The notes under the pieces are model-generated. The model did not search any database, was not told the origin of the DNA, and was given only the letters and a program-made list of their open reading frames with translations. Below, one piece after another: positions 1-12,010 of a DNA stretch of 64,000 bases. Where the stretch lies: assembly GCF_009914755.1 (NCBI RefSeq), contig NC_060927.1. One strand, given 5' to 3'. The stretch's first letter is position 1, and each line of letters starts with the position of its first letter. A program made the position numbers and the translations under genes. The stretch is from the human T2T-CHM13v2.0 reference genome, Homo sapiens.

Positions 1-389
1 GTGGAGAACTGAGAGACTCCCACCATCTCTTTTGCCCACCCCATCTTGGCAGGTGGTACAGCTGTTTCTGTAGATGGAGGGAAAAGATAGTCTCCCATCC
101 TGGGCCAGTTACCTCAGCAAGGAGCACCTCGATTTTCTCATGTGGGTTGGGCATTCTGGCTTCTCATCTTATGGTGGTGGCTTCCAGGTGTTGCTGGGGA
201 AGGCGAGACTCAAGCCAGCAGTGTGACAGACCCAGCCAGGAGGCTCAGAAGTGCTTCTCTTCCTCCCAGCACCTGACCCCTCCATTTCCTCCTCTCAGCC
301 CAGGGCTGGCCTCCCCCAGAGTCTGCCTCAGAGTAGACTGTCAGTCTGTATTGAGTAAACTGATTGGAACTGGATTCTATTACATTTAA

Positions 390-900
390 TTGACTAGAAA
401 ATCTGTCTTTTTATTCTTAAATAGTTAAGTTTTAATCACACAATCAATTCATGAATTTCCTGTAGCAAAACTGAAACCTTTCAGTTAAGGGAAAAGGAGG
501 CCTGTTGCATCACATCCCATCCTGGCCTCTCATCTAGAGGAGATCCTGTTAATTCTTTTGGGTTTAACCTTCCAAACCCTTGTTCTATGCGCTGTGCTCA
601 CAGAAATGCACAGCACTGTTGTGTAAATGTGTGAATGTGTGGCATCATATTCTGAGCAGTGTTTGCACTTTTCTGGCCATGCCCCACATGGATTCTCAGA
701 GACCTTGCCTCATCACTACACACAGAGCTACCACACTGCCTGCCCCCACGTGTGCTCATCAGTGTGGACACCTCATGTCACACATCGCCATGTCCCCACT
801 GATGGACTTTCAGACTGCTGCCCTGTCTTTGTGATTATTCCCTGTGCTGCACTGACCATCTTCTTGTGTACACCTGCACAGCGCTCTCCTGGGAGGTATC
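390..900 (-). mobile_element. Ancient L1M(E)-type 3' fragment
   Basis: Antisense L1ME-like phrases (tcccactgatggac-type, tgtgctgcactgaccatcttcttgtgtacac); very diverged. Confidence 0.45.
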
Positions 901-2159
901 AAGAACTCTGCCTCAGACCTGCCCTGGCACCTCCCTGCACTTTTCCCATCCCCCCCCCCCCAAGGTTGTCCCCCTCTCTCCCGATCTCATTTGTATGTCA
1001 TTGTCATTCCAGACCCAATTCAGATGTCCTCCTCTCTGCTGCCTCCCTTATAATACTTTCATATTCTAATGAAATATGAATACACATCATATTCTAAATA
1101 TACTTTATACATCTGTCTCCCCAGTGAGTCTGGAGTTCGGAGGACAAGGGCCATGGCTTCCCCCACATCCCAAGGCCAGCACATGGCCTGCCATGGAGTA
1201 GGTGCTACATGAGCGTGTTGAATTAAAGCCAGTGGAAGGAATAAGGGAGATGGGCCATGAAGAATGAGTGCTGGGAAAGATGTGCAGGAAGGCATTCCAC
1301 ATGGATAAACAGTAGGGCAGAGGCAGGGAGTGTGCTGGGAGACCAGCCCAGAGCTCTGGAGAGCACTGCACAGATGCAGGAGGAAGGCCAGGGGTGAGCA
1401 CCAGGGCACCCGGAGCCCTGGCAGGTTTCATTGAGGACCTAGCCTGACCCAGGCTCTATACTAGGGAAGTGGCCTGGCAGTACATGGAGGAGGGGGCGGC
1501 TGCTATGGGTGTCTGAGCAAGAAGTGAGGCCCAGTGACCAGAAAGAGACTGTGGGTGTGAGGCAGGCGAACTCTGGGATTTGTTGGCTCGTGGGCTATGG
1601 GAAGGGCGCCCATGAGGAAGGAGCCAAAGGCTGAGGCTTGAACCGTGAACAAGGGCTGGGGGCCACCACAGTTCACTGAGGACTTGGTACTTACAAGGGC
1701 TCAGGGAGACCCTAGGCACATGCTGCCTCCTTCAATTTTCACAGAATCCCTGTGGCTAGGACCTGGTACCCTTAGTCTATTGGTGAGGACACTGAAGTCT
1801 AGAAGTTACAGAACTTGCCCACAGCTCAGAGCTGGAGCCACAGCTCCAACCTCAGTGAATCTGGCCCCAAGTCCAGCATGCTCACTGCTGACAGTGGGCA
1901 CCCACAGAAGTGGGCCAGGCCTAAGTGGGGTGGGAGGTGAGTGCAGGGGTGATTCTGGCTCTAAACAGAATCACAGTCTAACAGCCATCTTGTGGAGTAA
2001 AAGGAGCCCATGCCTCAAGCCACATGCGCCGTCCAGATGTCAGAATGCAGGTAGGCAAGGTCCAGGCCATGGGATGAGGTGTGGGGTGCAAATTAGATGC
2101 CCTGGTGCACCCCAGGACCAAGGAGTGGGCCGTAAGCCCATTGCATGCCTGCCCTTCCA

Positions 2160-2540
2160 GCAAGTTGTAAGGATAACAATGGAATGTCATAAAGCTCTTG
2201 TAGTTTCTTGTCTGTAAGGCTAAAGTTGTAATAAACAGAAATTATGAGCAAAAGAATAAACCTAGAGAGAAAGTCAGTTCTTAGGGTCACCACTGCTTTA
2301 CATCCCTTGGATTACAAGGGCTTTTATGCCATATTGGTGGCACATAGGGAACTGCCCCTCAGGGGGTGGGGCTGGCCTCCTGGGGCTCCGAGCCTTGTAT
2401 CCAGTGTCCACTGAGGCCCCACAGCACCGTGCCAGGTGAGAGTGCCTCGCCGTTTTACAGGGATTAACAATGTAGGTGGCATTCCTTTTTCTTTGATCCA
2501 CCTCAAGAAATAGTGGCAGGTTGAATTTTGAATTTGAAAA
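2160..2540. promoter_or_regulatory. Candidate enhancer (SOX/TEAD/TCF/HOX/K50-homeobox motifs)
   Basis: AACAATG 2175 and 2466, GGAATG 2181, GCATTCC 2479, CTTTGAT 2491, TTTTATG 2322, TTTTAC 2453, GGATTA 2309 and 2461. Confidence 0.4.
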
Positions 2541-4385
2541 TACATCCCAGACCTAGCAGCCCCCTTTTGCAGCCACCTCAGTCCCTGGGATTTGGGTTTG
2601 GAATAGGATACCCTGTGTCTCAGGAGGCTCGCAGTGGCAGCTCAATTGGATGACTGAGTCCCAGTGTGATCCTTGGCACCCCGCCTCTCACCCTCCTTGC
2701 TCACTGTCACAGTGATGATTCTCTTTTCTTCTTCCCTATTTCTTCTTATCATTACTGTCATGGACCCAAATGCCTTCAACCACTCCCCCTCCAGCACCCA
2801 CGGAGGGAGAGCGAGGCCCAGGCTCAGCTGCTGGGCAGCTTCCCTGGGGCCCCTGTCTCTGCCCTTGGCTTGCTGGTCATACCCTTGTCTAGCCTTGCTG
2901 ATGCTCTGGTGCCAGCAGCCACAGGCCAGTGCTCCTGCAGGATGTGAGTCCAAGTGATGTTGCCCCTGCACAGCTGCACTGGGGTGCAGGGGATCATCAG
3001 TTGAGTGTGACGGACGTTCCTGAGCATGCTCCTCTGTGCCAGGGACGGAGATTAGTGCCACCCAGCCCCACCCCCCCCCACCCCCGCTGATGCTCTCAGT
3101 CTGGACAGGAGGCAGGAGCTAAAGGCATGGCTACATAGCAAGTATCGGAGATAAAGTGGGGGTCAAGTGGCGGGGGCTGTGGGGGCCAAGGTGGGCAGGC
3201 AGCATGACCTGCTCTAGCTGGAGTAAGGCTGGAAGGACGAGGAGGGGCCTGGCAGTCAGGAAGCCAGCTCTGCCCAGGCACAGGGCTGGGAGGCACCATC
3301 GGGCCTCTAGGCCATGAGTTGGACTTGGCCCAAGCTTAGGGTGCTGAGGGCAGTGCTGAGGAGTGCTCAGGAGCCAGCCAGATGGCCACAGGCCTGTGTG
3401 CCCATCCAGCAGCCTGCCCTGAGGGGCGGGAGCTGTGGGAGCCACACATAGGAGGGACATGGCCAGTGCTGGGCTTTCATAAACCTGGCTGAAGGACAGG
3501 GTAGCCTTGGAACTGTGGGGATCTTTCTGTCCACCTTGGATCCATTCCTTTAAGACCCAGACCCACCTGGGCTCTTTGCTCAGGCCCAGGGCCCACAGGT
3601 GAGGTACTGTTCACTGCTCCATGGCGGTGATGGCTTTTCTGGCTCAGCCCTGAAAACAGAGCTGGATCCCTTGGCTTACCTCCCAAGGATTCCTTACCCC
3701 CTAAAAAGCCCAGGGATGTCATTAAAAACAAAGTCCCAGTTGTATAGAAAACAGAAGAATCCAGCATTGCTGTAATTCATTTAAAGTTTTATGGGATGGC
3801 AAATACTTGGGGTGGCTGGGAGGAGGAGCGTAAAGCTCCCTGGTGAAGCTCCCTGGTAGGCCCCTTGTCACTTTTATGGTTTTCCATTGTTGCAGTGACT
3901 GGGAGGTTAATCACGAGGGTTTGTTTGTAAGGTCGCCACAGATGGTCAGGGGCCTTTGCTGGGCCACATGGTAGAAAGCCAGATCATTCCCTTCCTCTCA
4001 GAGTGTGCCCCATGTGGCAGGCACTGTGCTGAGGATCGGTGGTGAGCAAAATAAACCCAGCCTGTCTACCTGGGGCTGTCTGCCCGATCCAGGAAACAAC
4101 AGAGCGCACAGGCACACACTGGACAGATGCTAACAGGTTACGGGGCTTAAGGAGCGTCCTGGTCTGCCTGGAGACTCAGAACAGGTTTTGTGAGCTGGTC
4201 GGGGGACCCCTGAGGTCTCAGTGAGTGGGATTCAGCTGGGTACAGGGCGCCACAGGGGTGAGGAGAGCTGGGCAGGGCAGCAGTGTTCCTGTGGGGCTCC
4301 AGGTAACACTAGCCACGCTGTGTGCAAGGGCCTTACTGACGCTTGGGAATCCGAGCCCAGCCTGGGCACAAGGGGGCAGGGGGCA

Positions 4386-5180
4386 TCAGTGCATCTCCCC
4401 TCTTCCCCGCTTCCTCAGTGCATCTCCCCTCTTCCCCCTTCCTCAGTGCATCTCCCCTCTTCCCCATTCCTCAGTGCATCTCCCCTCTTCCCCCCTTCCT
4501 CAGTGCATCTCCCCTCTTCCCCATTCCTCAGTGCATCTCCCCTCTTCCCCCTTCCTCAGTGCATCTCCCCTCTTCCCCCCTTCCTCAGTGCATCTCCCCT
4601 CTTCCCCATTCCTCAGTGCATCTCCCCTCTTCCCCCCTTCCTCAGTGCATCTCCCCTCTTCCCCCTTCCTCAATGCATCTCCCCTCTTCCCCCTTCCTCA
4701 ATGCATCTCCCCTCTTCCCCCCTTCTCAGTGCATCTCCCCTCTTCCCCCCTTCCTCAGTGCATCTCCCCTCTTCCTCAGTGCATCTCCCCTCTTCCCCCT
4801 TCCTCAGTACATCTCCCCTCTTCTCCCCTTCCTCAGTGCATCTCCCCTCTTCCCCCCTTCCTCAGTACATCTCCCCTCTTCCCCCTTCCTCAATGCATCT
4901 CCCTTCTTCCCCCCTTCCTCAATGCATCTCCCCTCTTCCCCCCTTCCTCAGTGCATCTCCCCTCTTCCACCCCTTCCCCAATGCATCTCTCATCTTCCCC
5001 CCTTCCTAAATGCATCTCCCCTCTTCCTCCCTTCCTAAAGGCATCTCCCCTCTTCCCTCCCCTTCCTCAGTGCATCTCCCCTCTTCCCCACTTCCTCAAT
5101 GCATCTCCCCTCTTCCCTCTCCTTCCTCAATGCATCCCCCTTCCTTTCTCCCCTTCTCCTCCATGCATCTCCCCTTCCTA
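4386..5180. repeat. Minisatellite/VNTR, ~28-29 bp unit CCTCAGTGCATCTCCCCTCTTCCCCCTT, roughly 27-28 copies
   Basis: Directly visible tandem array, homogeneous at the 5' end and degenerate after ~4960. It explains the ORFs at 4221-5201. Confidence 0.97.
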
Positions 5181-5354
5181 AAGAGTTGTGTGTGTCACTG
5201 AGCACCTGGCTCACATAGTGGCTGAGGTACATGCACTTTGCCACCCCTAGGAGTTGTGGGTGGGACAGTAGATGTTGGGGAGACTCCAGAGACCCCTTCT
5301 AGGAGAGACTTTTTCCTGGTAATTGGAAACTGCACACTAAGATAGCAATGGGTC

Positions 5355-5700
5355 AGCACACCTTATCTATTAGACTGCAAAAATTTAAAGGCCTGCAGCC
5401 TCAGGTGCTGGGGAGGGTGTGGGGAAGAGGTTATTTCTTGTACTGCTGGTGGAAGCGTAACCACCCACTTTAGAGAAAAATCTACAAGATCTAGTAAAAC
5501 TGAAACTGTGTCCCACAACACCACAGTTTCTCATCCAGATATCTATGCTAGAAAAACCCTATGTATATATACAATTTGATGTATAAAGAAATGGCCACCG
5601 TGAAATCATTCTAGTAGTATAAATAGCAACTCACATGTCCATTAAGGGTATGGATAAATGACATATAAAGAAATACTATACAGCTGTCAAAAAAGAATAC
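5355..5700 (+). mobile_element. L1ME-type ORF2-end/3'UTR fragment
   Basis: Phrases such as actgctggtggaag...actttagagaaaaat, atgtccattaagggtatggataaat and gaaatactatacagctgtcaaaaaagaat. Confidence 0.7.
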
Positions 5701-5815
5701 CATATATATGTTATTGTATGTTTTTTGACAGCTGCATATATGTGTGTATATATACACATGTTATATACACACACATGTGTATGGTAGTATATATATGTAT
5801 ATACACACACACAAA
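5700..5815. repeat. Degenerate (TA)n/(CA)n low-complexity tract
   Basis: tatatacacatgttatatacacacacatgtgtatgg...atatacacacacacaa. Confidence 0.7.
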
Positions 5816-5910
5816 TATGAATAGATGTCACCAATATATTGCTGCAGGAGGGAGGCAAGTAGTAAATTAACTACAAACATGGTGCCACTGTTTACACTAA
5901 TAAGTCTATA

Positions 5911-6275
<365 letters not shown>

Positions 6276-7089
6276 AGGTGACCTGAGGTTCCCTCTCGCA
6301 GCCCCAGAGGTGGTGCTGGGGAGCTGGGATCTCAACCTGCAGGGGCAGCGCTGGCAGTCTCCAGGGCCCATACTGCTCTGTCCTCATGCACAGCCCTAGG
6401 TTTGACTTGTTGTGTGTGAGATGTGATTAAATGCATTAGGCGGGGGAAAATGTCTTATCTGTACCCAGCCTAGGTCGAAGAAGAGGGAGAAATAAGAGCA
6501 GCCAAATTGAACCTTATTAAACAAAATTGGTTAGGTCTGATGGAGCCAAACCTAGACTGATCTTTAAAAGCTTATTTCATTTTTCCCCTCCAGCCTGAAC
6601 CTCTTTGAATTGAAGTAACTGATCCTGCTGTAAGCTTATTAGTGTCAAACCTTGTGTGTTTCTTTTCCTCTCCGATTTACATTTTATTAAGTAATGATGA
6701 AGTTGCAAGGTCCCAACCCTAGCCCTTGGCACAACCAGGAGCTTCCAGGCTCATTAGTGGAACAAAATGGATAATAGAGGTCCAATCTTATTATAGCTGG
6801 TACATTATTACAAAATCTCTGCACATTAGAAAGGCTGCTAAGCACAAGTCTGTTACCTGCTTCACTCAAGCATCTGTTGATTCTGTAAAATGCTGGAGGG
6901 ACCCCCCAACACTGCTGTTCCTTTAAAGTTTGTTGTGATGGTGTGGGCTGTCCATTTCTTACCTGACAGAAGGAGTGCCCATGTTAGTGATATCGCTGTG
7001 CTGAATTGTGTTTCATCTTGGACTTCTGTGGTGGAGTGTGTTTTTCTGGTGTGATGTAGTAAGAGAATATGTGCTTTAATGACAGGCAG

Positions 7090-7205
7090 ATTGCATGCTT
7101 TGAATAAATGTCTTAACCTCTGGGGGCTTCAATTTCCTTGTCTGTAAAGTGAGATCATCATTAGCCACTATCATTAGAAGTGAATGGAATCAGGTGTGTA
7201 AAGAT
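7090..7205 (+). mobile_element. MIR fragment
   Basis: Core: cttaacctctgggggcttcaatttccttgtctgtaaagtgagatcatcat. Confidence 0.65.
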
Positions 7206-8059
7206 TTTCCCCATCATAGGTATCCAACTCTTTCTCCATCTTCCATATCGGCCCTGTGGTAACATAATGCAGCTCGTGTGCACTTCAGTTGAGTGCCTAC
7301 TATTTCATGCAAGATGCTGTGGAGAACAGAGATGAGCACAGGATGACTCCACCTCAAACTGTTCCTGCTGGATGTTTTCAGTAGCCTCAGAAAGTGCATG
7401 GTAAAGGGAAACCAGATCATGCTGGGCACACTACCATGCAGAATCCTCAAAACACCAGAAAGCTAAGTTGAAAGACAGTCGAAAAGCCAGAAGGAGTATC
7501 GAGCTCATCGGGCCTGGGAGCAGTCAGAAGGGGGTGTTCATTTGTTCTCTCATCCACTTGATCAGCAAACTGGGCATATTGTGCTACTCAAAAACAGGAA
7601 ACATGGGAGGTTGGGAGGGAGGGATGCAGCTGAGAGTTAGCTCTGAAAACTCCATGGGCAAGTCCAGCAGGGAGAGGGCTGCTGCTGACCTTCCCCAGGG
7701 TAGCTGCTGGCATGAGCTTCCAGGTGAGACAGCCTAGACTGAACCTGCCTCTGCCACATCTGAGTCTCGAGGCAGGCCTGACTGTCCTGGGCTTTGCTTT
7801 CTCACCCGAGAAAGGGGGCTCATCTTACTTGCCCATTGGCATTGATGTGAGAGTCACACTGGTGGCGAGGAGTCCCCTGTCTTGAGTCTTCCCTCTCTGC
7901 TTCTGCCCCAGGAGCCATCTTTTTGGGCTCAGGCTGTGTGGGCTCTACATGTTCAATCACTCAGGAGCCACAGCTGCCTGCTGCCTGCTGCCAGCACCCT
8001 GACTGGCTGAGCCCCGAGTCTGGCAGGGCAGGGTGTGGTTCTGCTCGACTGTCAGAGCT

Positions 8060-8230
8060 GAGGCCGTGGAACATCAGGCCTGCCTTGCAGTCCCAGCGTT
8101 TATCGTCCCAAGTCTCAGCCTATTTGTTTTGTGACCTTGGAGACATCAAAAACCTCTGTTTCTTCATCCATAAAATTGAATGTCAAAATATTGACCTGCC
8201 TGTGGGGTTTTTTATGAAGAATAACTGACC
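8060..8230 (+). mobile_element. MIR fragment
   Basis: tgtgaccttggagac...aacctctgtttcttcatccataaaat. Confidence 0.65.
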
Positions 8231-8929
8231 CAGAGGATGGCAAAGCTTCTTTGTTAATCAGAAAGGACCAAACTGCTTAGCAAGCACGAACTTGAGTTTT
8301 AAAAAGTGTTTGCTTGTTTGATGTGTTCCTCCCTCCCTCCTTCCCCAGAAGTGCTTGGTGCTGGAGGGATGGGAAGGATGTGAGGGAGAGCCTCTGCAAT
8401 CACCCATGCCCTCTGGGGAGCTAGGCTCAGGGGACGGACCTCCCAGAGGCCACCATGGTGGTATAGGGCAGCAGCACCTCTCCCCATTCCACCTCCCAGC
8501 CTTCTCTGCTGCCCTTCTCACTGCGTACCCCGCCTGGGACACTGGGGGCCCCTGGGCAGCAGGCCCCAGCCCTATCCTCCCATTTGGTAGACTCTTTACC
8601 CTTGGGGTTTTGTGGATCCTCTGAGGGCCTGGCCAGCCCCAGGACCACCCTGTTCCTGCAGCTGTGAATGTGGAGCTTGGGCCCAGGAGGAGCTCCCCAA
8701 AAGAGGGCCCATGTGGCTTGGCTCCTTTCAGTTACTCTTCCCACTTGCATTGAGGCCTCCCACATTCCAGGCATGGCGCTGGGCACTGCAGATAGAAATG
8801 GAAAAAAACAAAGCAAAGCCTGGTCCTCATGGAGGTTCCATTCCAGTGCGGGAGTGACAGCCAGTGAACAAAGGGATGCCAAGCGTTGGGAAGCTCTATG
8901 ATGAAAAACCAAGTGGGCAAGGTGCTAGA

Positions 8930-9625
8930 GAGTGACAGGGATAGGCCAATGCCTGTCTCTTGCTGGGTGGGGTGACTGAGGAGGGGCTCTGATACAGTGG
9001 CATCCAAGCAGGTATGGGAAGGAAGTGAGGAAGAGAGGAACTGCAGGTGCAGAGGCCATGAGGTGGGAGCATGCCTGGCACATTCAGGGAATGGGAAGCA
9101 AGGCCCACATGACTGAAGGGATGTGAACAGTGGGTCGGGGTCACAGCAAATAAAGTCAGAGACATCACGGGGGCTGTGTGGCATTGTGAGTCCTGGAAAG
9201 GACTTCAGCTTTTACAGAGTGAGATGGGAGGCCAGTGGAGAGCCTGGAGGCAAACCCCAGGGTCACATCATCTGTGTTTTCCCAAGAACAGGAAGAACAG
9301 GCTGTGGGGAAGAACAGGCTCTTGGAAGAACAGGCTGCGGGGGAGGGGGCAACAATCCAAGCCAGGTGAGGCTGGGACCAGGGCAGGCAGTGCAGGGACA
9401 GGAAGGGGTCAGGCACTGGACCTACTTGGAAGGTAGAGCCGACCCTGTCTCCTGATGGCTGGTTACAGCTACAAGAGGACAAGGAGAGTCCAGGTGGGTG
9501 GAAGCCCCAGCTTTTCCCCTGACATCAGAGCGTTGCCCTGGAGAAGCAGAAGGCTGAAGGAGACTTTAGGTTCTGGGCGTAGTAAGCTGGGATGCCTGTC
9601 AGCCATTCAAAGAGGCAGTTGGGTG
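8930..9625 (-). mobile_element. L2 fragment (antisense)
   Basis: gaggaactgcaggtgcagaggccatgaggtgggagcatgcctggcacattcaggg...aaggacttcagcttttac...gagatgggaggccagtggag. Confidence 0.75.
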
Positions 9626-9639
9626 TAAGTCTGTATGCT

Positions 9640-10555
9640 CCCAGCTCCAGTCTCCACCTCCCCTGGAACTCAGACGTCTGTGTCTCTCTGGCAGCCTCAG
9701 AGACAGCTCCTACTTGCAGAACTCCCAGCTCCCCTCCCCTGAAGCTGGCTCCTCCCTGCTCCCACCTAGCATGAGGCAGATCCTCAAACTAGAAACCTGG
9801 GAGCTGTTCTTTACACATCAGCTGTTCTTTACACACCAGCTGTTCTTTACACACCAGTCTCTCCTTGTCCCCACATCTAGTCTGTCACCACCAAAATATG
9901 TCTTGAACTCTGAGTATCTTCCTTGCTAATTTCCATGTTTCCTTTCTTACTTCTCTACCTCCCCTGAATCTATTCCCCAAACTGTATAGCCAGTTTGCAT
10001 CTTTTAAAACCGCAAACTGGCAGTGTCATTCCTCTGCCATCCCCTGTGCCCCATCACTGGTGGCTTCCTGGTGCTTTGTCCCATGGCAATGGTGGCTGGC
10101 CCATGTCTCCAACCTGCTGCCTCCCTGGACCACCGCACCTCAGCCAGCCCTGCCACCCGCAGTTCCACTGGGGGCCTGGTTCTTCCCCTGCCCAGGGCCT
10201 TAGGCCTGCTCTGCTCTTCCCTCTGCCTGGAATCCCTGTGGGTGGTTTGTTACCGATCTGGTCTTGGCTCCAATGCCACCTCCTCAGGGAAGTCCTCCCT
10301 GACTACCCACAATGAATTAGGTCTCCCAGTTGTTCGCTCTCATACAGCCTCATCCTTTTTTCTCACAGTACCTCCCACAGTTTCATAATTCCTCATGTAT
10401 TCAGTGGTGATCTAATTAACATCTTTCTTCTCTAGAAGACAGCAGACTTTATAGAACCCAACTGTCTAAAACTATCTGTTTTGCTCGTCCTGCTGGCATT
10501 CCAGAGCCTGGGCCTGGTCCTGAGAGAAGGTTGCTACCCACGTGTTGAGAGAATG
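9640..10555 (+). mobile_element. L2 3' region (sense)
   Basis: cagggccttaggcctgctctgctcttccctctgcctggaatccc...aatgccacctcctcagggaagtcctccctgac. Confidence 0.75.
9802..9857. repeat. 18-bp tandem repeat x3 (AGCTGTTCTTTACACAYC)
   Basis: Directly visible. Confidence 0.9.
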
Positions 10556-11354
10556 TGCGTGCGCCACCTCAGCTGCGCCCCGTGGACATTAGCGAATGTT
10601 TGAGGAGTGAGTTATTCAGTAGATGGAGAGAGGCCCTCAAAGTTGGCTAGAAGATAAATGACTAAAAGGAAAGCCTGTTTTTCTCATTCTTAGGTTGGTA
10701 AAATTATCTACTTTTCTTTATCTCTGGTGTTCTAAATGGGTCTTCTGTTCCGAAGCGTCCCTCAGTGAGCGTGGGCTCACTGACCACCCCGTGTGGCAAT
10801 GCTGTCTGCATGCGCCTGTGAGAACCCATGGGAGTGCCATGCTGCCCTGTCCCCATCTTTATCTGCTGCACAATTTCCTGTCTAGGCCCTTAAAATCTTG
10901 ATTTGCACAGTTATTTATCTTTGTGCTCTTCATGGTGCCCTGGTAAGGCATTCTTTATGATTTCAGTCCTGAGAACACAAGCCCTGTTGAAAAGAGAACA
11001 TGCTTTGAATAAAGCCTGCTTGACGTTCGGCTTGATGGGGAGGAGGAGGGGGAAGGGGCATCAGGGCAGCATGAGGCCCCTGGCCGCCCTCTCTCACAGG
11101 AAGGCTCATAAACACAAGGATCTCGCTCAAGCCCCGGCACGTCTGGAATCTCAGCTCGGTGCTTTGCCAGGTATGATTTTGCCACAAGGGGCATTTCTTT
11201 TCCAGAATCTGATGCAGTCACTCTCTTCAGAGCGGCTGGGCGTTTATCTGGACCTGTCACAACCAGGTTTCTCAGCAGCTCCTGTGCTGGGCACTGAGGA
11301 CGCAGCATAGGGAGAGCACAGTCCTTGTCTCGGGATTTAGAAGGGAAGAGATGC

Positions 11355-12010
11355 ACATTTGATAGGCCAAAATTAAGAAATCTAGCAGTGCCAAATGTTG
11401 GAGCAGACGTGTATCAATGGGGTGTCTTGGGCCTTATTGATAGAAGTTGATTTATCTACCTAGCAAAGTTGAACAGCCATTCACCCTGCAATCCAGCAGT
11501 TCAACTCCAGGAACTGTGTCCTTGAGAAGCCCTTGCACATGTGCCCATGCAGGATCCTTGTGACAGAAGAAATTCATTGCAGCATTTTCCAGCAAAGAAC
11601 TGGAAACACCCCCAGTGCACATCGATAGGAGTCCAGGTTGTGCTAAATACACAAGGTGCAGCAGATGGCATCGGCAGCAAATGAGCTGCAGGTGCATGCA
11701 CTATGTGCACAGGTTTTTAGTATCATAACTGGCACAATGCCTTATTCATACAGTTCAGAAACTTATACAACAAAGCAAATTACTGATTAGGAATGTGTAC
11801 TACATATGTAGTGAGCCTTTACACAATCATACACACGTGTGTATAAAAAGAAAGGGAATGCTGTGCGCCAAATTCAAGGCAGCGGCACCCTCCCGCTGGG
11901 GCAGGTGGGAATGCTGAGTGGGGAGGACCACACAGGTAGGTATGAGTTATCGATAATGTAGTTCAGGGGCGGAAAGGGCAATGAACTCATGGGTGTTTCG
12001 TATATAATTT
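11355..12010 (+). mobile_element. L1ME-type 3' fragment
   Basis: ggccaaaattaagaaatctagcagtgccaaatgttgg...atccagcagttcaactccagga...cttgcacatgtgc...ttcattgcagcatt...aactggaaacaccccc. Confidence 0.75.

Noticed and set aside
4386-5180. CRISPR-like array of ~28-bp repeats
   Set aside because: Units are directly adjacent with no unique spacers, there are no cas genes, and the context is eukaryotic.
4221-5201. Long ORFs of 231-318 aa rich in P/S/L
   Set aside because: Translations of a stop-poor minisatellite, open in all three frames.
11657-11672. CTCF-like gcagcagatggca
   Set aside because: A single imperfect motif inside an L1ME remnant, not supportable without ChIP data.
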